Shown piece by piece: positions 59,445-64,000 of a stretch of DNA of 64,000 nucleotides. The DNA comes from an uncultured Candidatus Saccharibacteria bacterium (GTDB lineage Bacteria > Patescibacteriota > Saccharimonadia > CAILAD01 > BJGX01): the NCBI GenBank assembly GCA_964610335.1, contig CAZSVP010000002.1, positions 78,376 to 142,375 of the forward strand, read 5' to 3'. The notes beneath the pieces are model-generated. The model had not been told where the DNA came from, searched no databases, and was given only the letters and a program-made list of their open reading frames with translations. Positions within the stretch are counted from its first letter, which is position 1. Each line of letters opens with the position of its first letter. The position numbers were made by a program, and so were the translations under genes.

Positions 59445-59807
59445 ATGTCTACCGAGTTGACAATCCAGCTGGTGAAGCGGCTGTTCGAAGCATTCTTGGG
59501 TGGCCAAGGTCGTCTCCGTGTGGAGAACGTGCCAGGTCACTACACCCGAGTGATGGTTCGAGTCGAAGGTGAGGACCTGGAAGTGCACATCGCGCTCTCC
59601 GATACCATGCCTCGGGTGCTGCGAGTGATCTACTGCCCGCAGCATCCAGGCAATTCCGCCGTCATGTTCACCACCGAGGCCGATGCCAAGTACCAGGTAC
59701 GGATGCTTGGCATCAACGACGAAACGCCCGGACACATCATCAAGAAGAGGGTTCACGAACACTTCTTGACTGTGACTGAGCGCCAGTCGCACTCGCTGGC
59801 CAGCTGA
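59445..59807 (+). CDS. Hypothetical protein (about 60% GC)
   Basis: About 120 aa; RBS AAGGAGG 6 nt before the ATG at 59445. Confidence 0.6.
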   Translation: MSTELTIQLVKRLFEAFLGGQGRLRVENVPGHYTRVMVRVEGEDLEVHIALSDTMPRVLRVIYCPQHPGNSAVMFTTEADAKYQVRMLGINDETPGHIIKKRVHEHFLTVTERQSHSLAS

Positions 59808-59822
59808 ACAAGGAGGGTGATT

Positions 59823-59848
59823 CCGTCCCGGTCGAAAGACTGGGACGG
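59823..59848 (+). terminator. Hairpin (CCGTCCC-12nt loop-GGGACGG) after the high-GC ORF
   Basis: Seen 15 nt after the stop; no strong U-run. Confidence 0.45.
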
Positions 59849-59920
59849 AGCCCGCCCAGAGAGCTTTTACTCAAAAAGAATTCTGGACTGGCTCCGAACT
59901 ACAAATGCTGAAACAATATT

Positions 59921-60388
59921 CTACTTTTTGGCAGTTGGCTTTTTTGTGGCAGCTTTCTTGGTAGGCTTTGGTTTTGCTTTAGTTTCAACTTTGCGTACTT
60001 GCTTACGATATTCTTTTTGACCTTCGTTGATCACCTTTTTGGTAGAATCAGATAGCTGTGCGGCTAGCTCGCGAGCGTGATGTACCAGTACCTTCAGCTC
60101 ATCGTTGGCTACTTTGCTAGCTTTGCCTGTACTTTTACTTAACTGTTCGCGATGAAGATTCAGTGCTGCCAAAGCCTTTTCTGACTTTTCTATAAGTTCT
60201 TTTGATTCTTTATTGCCCGACTTTTTGGCTTTCTTGATCTGCTCGGAAAGGTCCTTGTGCACGTCTTCGCACTTATCCCTAATATCTTCACGAAGTTCAC
60301 TACCTTTCTTGGGCGCGAATAGTAAAGCTGAAACTCCAGCCACTACTCCACCAATAATTACGCCCTTGAAAAAACCTCGCTTGGACAT
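59921..60388 (-). CDS. YtxH-like (GFFKG motif) membrane-anchored coiled-coil protein
   Basis: N-terminal MSKRGFFKGVIIGGVVAGVSALLFAPKKG, then a K/E-rich helical region. Confidence 0.7.
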   Translation of the reverse strand: MSKRGFFKGVIIGGVVAGVSALLFAPKKGSELREDIRDKCEDVHKDLSEQIKKAKKSGNKESKELIEKSEKALAALNLHREQLSKSTGKASKVANDELKVLVHHARELAAQLSDSTKKVINEGQKEYRKQVRKVETKAKPKPTKKAATKKPTAKK

Positions 60389-60663
60389 TATTCATTATCC
60401 TTTCTGCGATTACGAGCTGATTTACGTGCCCGACCAAAGTATTTCTCTACCATCATGGCTATGATACCTGGATTGACCACCGTACGACGTACTTCATCTA
60501 CCAAGTCCACGGCGTTGTCGGCACCTTCTTGAACCTTTTCGGCAGCAATTTTTACTTGCTTGGTGGTTTTAATTAGTAAGACTAAAAAGATTACGGTATA
60601 AACAATTAATATTACTAGTGCCACCGACACTACACACAATAGGGCAATTTCTAATCCAGTCAT
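60388..60663 (-). CDS. DUF948-like small membrane protein
   Basis: 91 aa with an N-terminal TM helix and a helical domain; typically found next to ytxH. Confidence 0.6.
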   Translation of the reverse strand: MTGLEIALLCVVSVALVILIVYTVIFLVLLIKTTKQVKIAAEKVQEGADNAVDLVDEVRRTVVNPGIIAMMVEKYFGRARKSARNRRKDNE

Positions 60664-61289
60664 TTGTTACTCACTTTCTGTTTAATAGTTTGAGCTGACT
60701 GCTTGGCTTTTTTCATTATACCAGAGCTGTGCGGCATTTTGCTGTGAACATGACGACTTAGCACTGTCCATTCATTCTTCTCAACCAGAGAGTTTGGGAT
60801 AATGTGGATCTGACCATCGTCGTCTTCGATTCTAACTTTCTTAATATCTAGTTCACGTATTACGCCCTCAGTCTTGCGATCACCAGCAACAACCTTGTAA
60901 CCAACCTTGAAGTCTTTGTCATTGGCAAGTTGCAGTCCAGCCACCAAGTCAGCTACCAAACCAGACAGCCCAGAACTAAAGCCGATAGCAAGCACGGCAA
61001 CCGAGCCGGTTAGTGCCAATGCCACACTACTAAGACCAATAATTTGCAAGAACGCTATTGCTAGAAAAGTCCAGGCCACCAATCGTATGATGGTTTGCAT
61101 AATTTCCTGCAAGCCTATAGGCCAATGGGTAAGCCGCAACATCGGCTTTGACAATCGATTGATTAACTTAACTATAATTATCCCAATCAGAAGGAACAAC
61201 AAAGCACGCGGAATGTTTGGCACTATATTGTTAAAACTAACTGATATGTTCTGAACACCTTTTGTAAGATCAATCCCAAGTGTCTGCAT
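60660..61289 (-). CDS. Small mechanosensitive (MscS-like) channel family protein
   Basis: 209 aa with TM helices and an MscS-like beta domain (VAGDRKTEGVIRELDIKKVRIEDDDGQIHIIPNS). Confidence 0.6.
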   Translation of the reverse strand: MQTLGIDLTKGVQNISVSFNNIVPNIPRALLFLLIGIIIVKLINRLSKPMLRLTHWPIGLQEIMQTIIRLVAWTFLAIAFLQIIGLSSVALALTGSVAVLAIGFSSGLSGLVADLVAGLQLANDKDFKVGYKVVAGDRKTEGVIRELDIKKVRIEDDDGQIHIIPNSLVEKNEWTVLSRHVHSKMPHSSGIMKKAKQSAQTIKQKVSNK

Positions 61290-61292
61290 TTG

Positions 61293-62738
61293 TTACTCCT
61301 CCTCTTCTTGTAATATTGTAGCTAAAAGTGCCTGTGCTTTACTAGGGTTGGCCTGTCCACGACTTGCTTTCATAACCTGCCCCATCAAGAACCCCACCGC
61401 TTGTGGCTTGCCGGCTGCAAAGTCGGCCTTGGCTTGGGGGTTGGCAACCACCACTTCGCGAATAATCTTCTCAATCTCACTATCGTCAGATACTTGAGCC
61501 AGCCCTTTTTGGTCAACTAAACCTTGAGGCGTCCCGCCCAGCACAACTTCTGAAAATATGTCTTTGGCGATGGCGTTGCTAATAGTGCCAGCATCTATTA
61601 GCTTAACTAATTCTGCTAAGTTACTACCAGTGAGTTTGGATTGTTCAATACTGTGTTCTGTTAGCCATGCTTGATAATCTCCTACCAGCCAATTCACCAA
61701 TTTCTTATTGAGCTTGGGGTTATTCAACTTATCACGAGCCGACTGGAATATCTCCATGGTCTGGACTTGCCCAATCAACACATCTTGTTCATCAACATTT
61801 AAACCTAGCTCTATCAATTCTCGACGCACTTCTATAGGCAACACAGTTATTTCACTTTTGGCTGCTTCTATCATAGATTTGGTTACCACAACTGGTGGTA
61901 TGTCGGGCTCTGGGAAATAACGATAGTCATGAGCCTCTTCTTTACCACGCTGGCTGACCGTAACGCCTTTGGCATCATTGTAGCCGCGAGTTTCCTGTAC
62001 TATCTCTTCCCCTTTTTCGAGCAGTTCTATTTGCCGATCGATCTCGTATGCCAGTGCTTTCTCAGCATGACGAAACGAATTGAGATTCTTGAGCTCTGTG
62101 CGGGTACCAAGCTTTTTGGGGTCGGTAGATACCGACACATTGAGGTCAAACTTGAAGTTACCATGTTGCAAGTCACCACGTGTCACTCCAAGGCTGGTGG
62201 CAACGTTGTATATTTCTTGCAAATACCGTTTGGCCTCTAGTGGTGTGTGCATATCAGGCTCTGACACTATTTCCAGAAGTGGCGTGCCAGCGCGATTAAG
62301 ATCTACCAAACTGTGCTTCTTGCCAGCTGGGTGAATCGACTTGCCGGCATCTTCCTCAAGATGAGCGCGATTCACTCGAATCTTGCGAAACTCACCATCA
62401 ATCAATACTTCGACCGAGCCATTGGTAACTATTGGCAAATCCATTTGTGTAATCTGGTAGCCCTTGGGAGAGTCTGGGTAAAAGTAGTTTTTGCGATCAA
62501 ATTTACTAACTTCGTTGACAGTTGCATTGAGCCCAAGGCCAAGCTTGATAGCCAACTCTACTGCGCGACGGTTTGGCACTGGCAAGGCGCCAGGCAGTGC
62601 CAGACAGACCGGACAAACATTGGTATTGGGTTTGGCTCCACGATCATCGGATGCACATGAGCAAAACATCTTAGTGGCCGTAGCCAGCTGAGTATGAATT
62701 TCTATGCCAATTGTGGGGGTGTATTTAGATTGACTCAT
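61293..62738 (-). CDS. gatB: Asp/Glu-tRNA(Asn/Gln) amidotransferase subunit B
   Basis: 481 aa beginning MSQSKYTPTIGIEIHTQL..., a typical GatB start. Confidence 0.93.
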   Translation of the reverse strand: MSQSKYTPTIGIEIHTQLATATKMFCSCASDDRGAKPNTNVCPVCLALPGALPVPNRRAVELAIKLGLGLNATVNEVSKFDRKNYFYPDSPKGYQITQMDLPIVTNGSVEVLIDGEFRKIRVNRAHLEEDAGKSIHPAGKKHSLVDLNRAGTPLLEIVSEPDMHTPLEAKRYLQEIYNVATSLGVTRGDLQHGNFKFDLNVSVSTDPKKLGTRTELKNLNSFRHAEKALAYEIDRQIELLEKGEEIVQETRGYNDAKGVTVSQRGKEEAHDYRYFPEPDIPPVVVTKSMIEAAKSEITVLPIEVRRELIELGLNVDEQDVLIGQVQTMEIFQSARDKLNNPKLNKKLVNWLVGDYQAWLTEHSIEQSKLTGSNLAELVKLIDAGTISNAIAKDIFSEVVLGGTPQGLVDQKGLAQVSDDSEIEKIIREVVVANPQAKADFAAGKPQAVGFLMGQVMKASRGQANPSKAQALLATILQEEEE

Positions 62739-62877
62739 AGTAATTTACCCTTACTAGACAAACTTAAGATTGCAATGGATGAGATGGATGCAAGGCTTGA
62801 TCGAGTACTGCAACGAGTCGTAGTGATTACTACGTCGAGTGAAGCACGGAGATTATAACGTAGTAGCCGCTCGTCCA

Positions 62878-63336
62878 TTACAATCTCACTCCTAGATCTG
62901 TGATAGCTTGTTGGTAAGTCAACAAAGCATTGTGTACCTGCTGTGGTACCAAATCGTGTTCTACCTCATGCGCTAGCTGATTGCGAAGTTTGTGAGCAGC
63001 CCATACGGCATTGAGATTACTTAGATTCTGACCACCATTCTTAAGCCGATCACCCATGTTTTCGCCAGACACACCGCGAGCTTTCATAACATAATCAAGC
63101 AGTTTATCAGCTTCCATCAAAGCATTTTTGAGCCCACTGGGGCCAGCTTGTTTCATAGCCATTATGTCATTCCATTTACTAACTACAAGAGCCGTATCGA
63201 GTGTAGGCTTGGCAGCTGCTTCAGGCTGCGGCTTGGCACTAGCATGACGAGGACGCATATGGCGCGGCTGAGTGCGCAGAAGTATATAAACAAGGGCAGA
63301 TAGTACTACAATTGCTGCAATTACAGAAAGGTTCAT
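62878..63336 (-). CDS. Hypothetical membrane-anchored protein located between gatA and gatB
   Basis: 152 aa with an N-terminal TM helix; ATGA overlap with the gatA stop. Confidence 0.5.
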   Translation of the reverse strand: MNLSVIAAIVVLSALVYILLRTQPRHMRPRHASAKPQPEAAAKPTLDTALVVSKWNDIMAMKQAGPSGLKNALMEADKLLDYVMKARGVSGENMGDRLKNGGQNLSNLNAVWAAHKLRNQLAHEVEHDLVPQQVHNALLTYQQAITDLGVRL

Positions 63337-64000
63337 AGACTTGGCCTCCTAGTATGCCAATCGGTAGCGGCTTGAAACTCTGTAGCTATCTGCAGTATCA
63401 AGCCGTCATTGTTTTGAGCTGCTACAATCTGCAGGCCAAGCGGCAGGCCTGTATCGACATCGAGACTGGCAGGGATGCTCACCGCAGGCACGCCTGCTAA
63501 GTTTGCCGAAACTGTTAGAACATCGGTTTTGTACATTTCCAGTGGATCATTCTTGGCGCCTTGCTTAAAGGCAGGAGCTACAGTAGTAGGCATAATCACA
63601 ACATCACAGTCTTTAAATATCTCAGCATAGCTGTTTCGTATAATTGTACGCACTTGCATAGCACGATTGTAGTAAGCATCGTAATAACCTGCCGACAAGG
63701 CATAAGTACCAATCAAATTACGCCTTTTTACCTCGGGACCAAAGTATTCACCACGTGACTTAGCATAGCGATCTAGTAAGTCTTGCACGCCCTCAGCAAC
63801 CGAACCGTAGCGCAAACTATCATAACGCTCTAGATTTGAGCTTATCTCTGATGGTACTAGGATATAGTAGGCAGCCAATGCTTGCTCGCCATCGGGCAAG
63901 TCAATTTCGACAAAGTCATACATACTTAACTGGTTCTTTGCCTCTACGATGGTCGGGTGATCGATGTACTCTTTAGCCACACCAATTTTCAGTTTCTTTT
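63333..64000 (-). CDS. gatA: Glutamyl-tRNA(Gln) amidotransferase subunit A (C-terminal part; gene continues beyond the window)
   Basis: C-terminal amidase-signature region of GatA; the ORF is open at the window edge. Confidence 0.85.
   Translation of the reverse strand, partial: KKLKIGVAKEYIDHPTIVEAKNQLSMYDFVEIDLPDGEQALAAYYILVPSEISSNLERYDSLRYGSVAEGVQDLLDRYAKSRGEYFGPEVKRRNLIGTYALSAGYYDAYYNRAMQVRTIIRNSYAEIFKDCDVVIMPTTVAPAFKQGAKNDPLEMYKTDVLTVSANLAGVPAVSIPASLDVDTGLPLGLQIVAAQNNDGLILQIATEFQAATDWHTRRPSL

Noticed and set aside
1-64000. CRISPR arrays, rRNA genes, transposases or integrases
   Set aside because: No regularly spaced direct repeats, no rRNA-like conserved stretches, and no ORF with DDE, tyrosine or serine recombinase motifs were seen. 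The inserted cassettes have no adjacent mobility gene.

Overview
This window comes from a low-GC (about 43-46%) reduced genome with a Gram-positive/CPR-like (Patescibacteria-type) gene repertoire, and almost all genes are on the minus strand. The core is a housekeeping block: the ribosomal-protein cluster rplC-rplD-rplW-rplB-rpsS-rplV-rpsC-rplP-rpmC-rpsQ-rplN-rplX-rplE-rpsN-rpsH-rplF-rplR-rpsE-rplO (1-8031), then rpsJ-tuf, fusA, rpsG-rpsL, rpoC-rpoB. After that come an MFS transporter, clpP, tig, a tRNA region, rsmD, recG, tyrS, PBP1A (plus strand), yacL-like, radA, clpC, nusA, yraN, rnhB, rplS, dnaE, YtxH/DUF948/MscS-like proteins, gatB and a partial gatA. The classical str/S10 operon order is preserved but broken into separate transcription units by three insertions, between rpsJ and rplC, between tuf and fusA, and between fusA and rpsG; rpsJ sits with tuf rather than heading the rplC operon. 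The most unusual feature is a series of small gene cassettes at 55-62% GC (13.9-14.9k, 18.0-19.3k, 20.2-22.0k, 34.4-35.2k, 46.1-46.7k, 53.1-53.7k, 55.3-55.6k, 59.4-59.8k), most of them on the plus strand, the opposite strand to their neighbours. Each sits in an intergenic gap, is driven by a near-consensus sigma70 promoter (TTGACA-17-TATAAT type) and a strong GGAGG ribosome-binding site, and ends in a GC-rich hairpin. None of these ORFs carries a domain I can recognise, except one P-loop NTPase. Other notable items are an ABC-F/MutT-Nudix/ASCH block inside the ribosomal locus, a wHTH-Nudix regulator with reversed NrtR architecture, four imperfect tRNA-like elements next to a high-GC islet that is bounded on the other side by a clean tRNA-Leu(UAG), L19 with a roughly 105-aa C-terminal tail, and a zinc phospholipase-C-like protein. 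No CRISPR array, rRNA gene or obvious transposase was seen.
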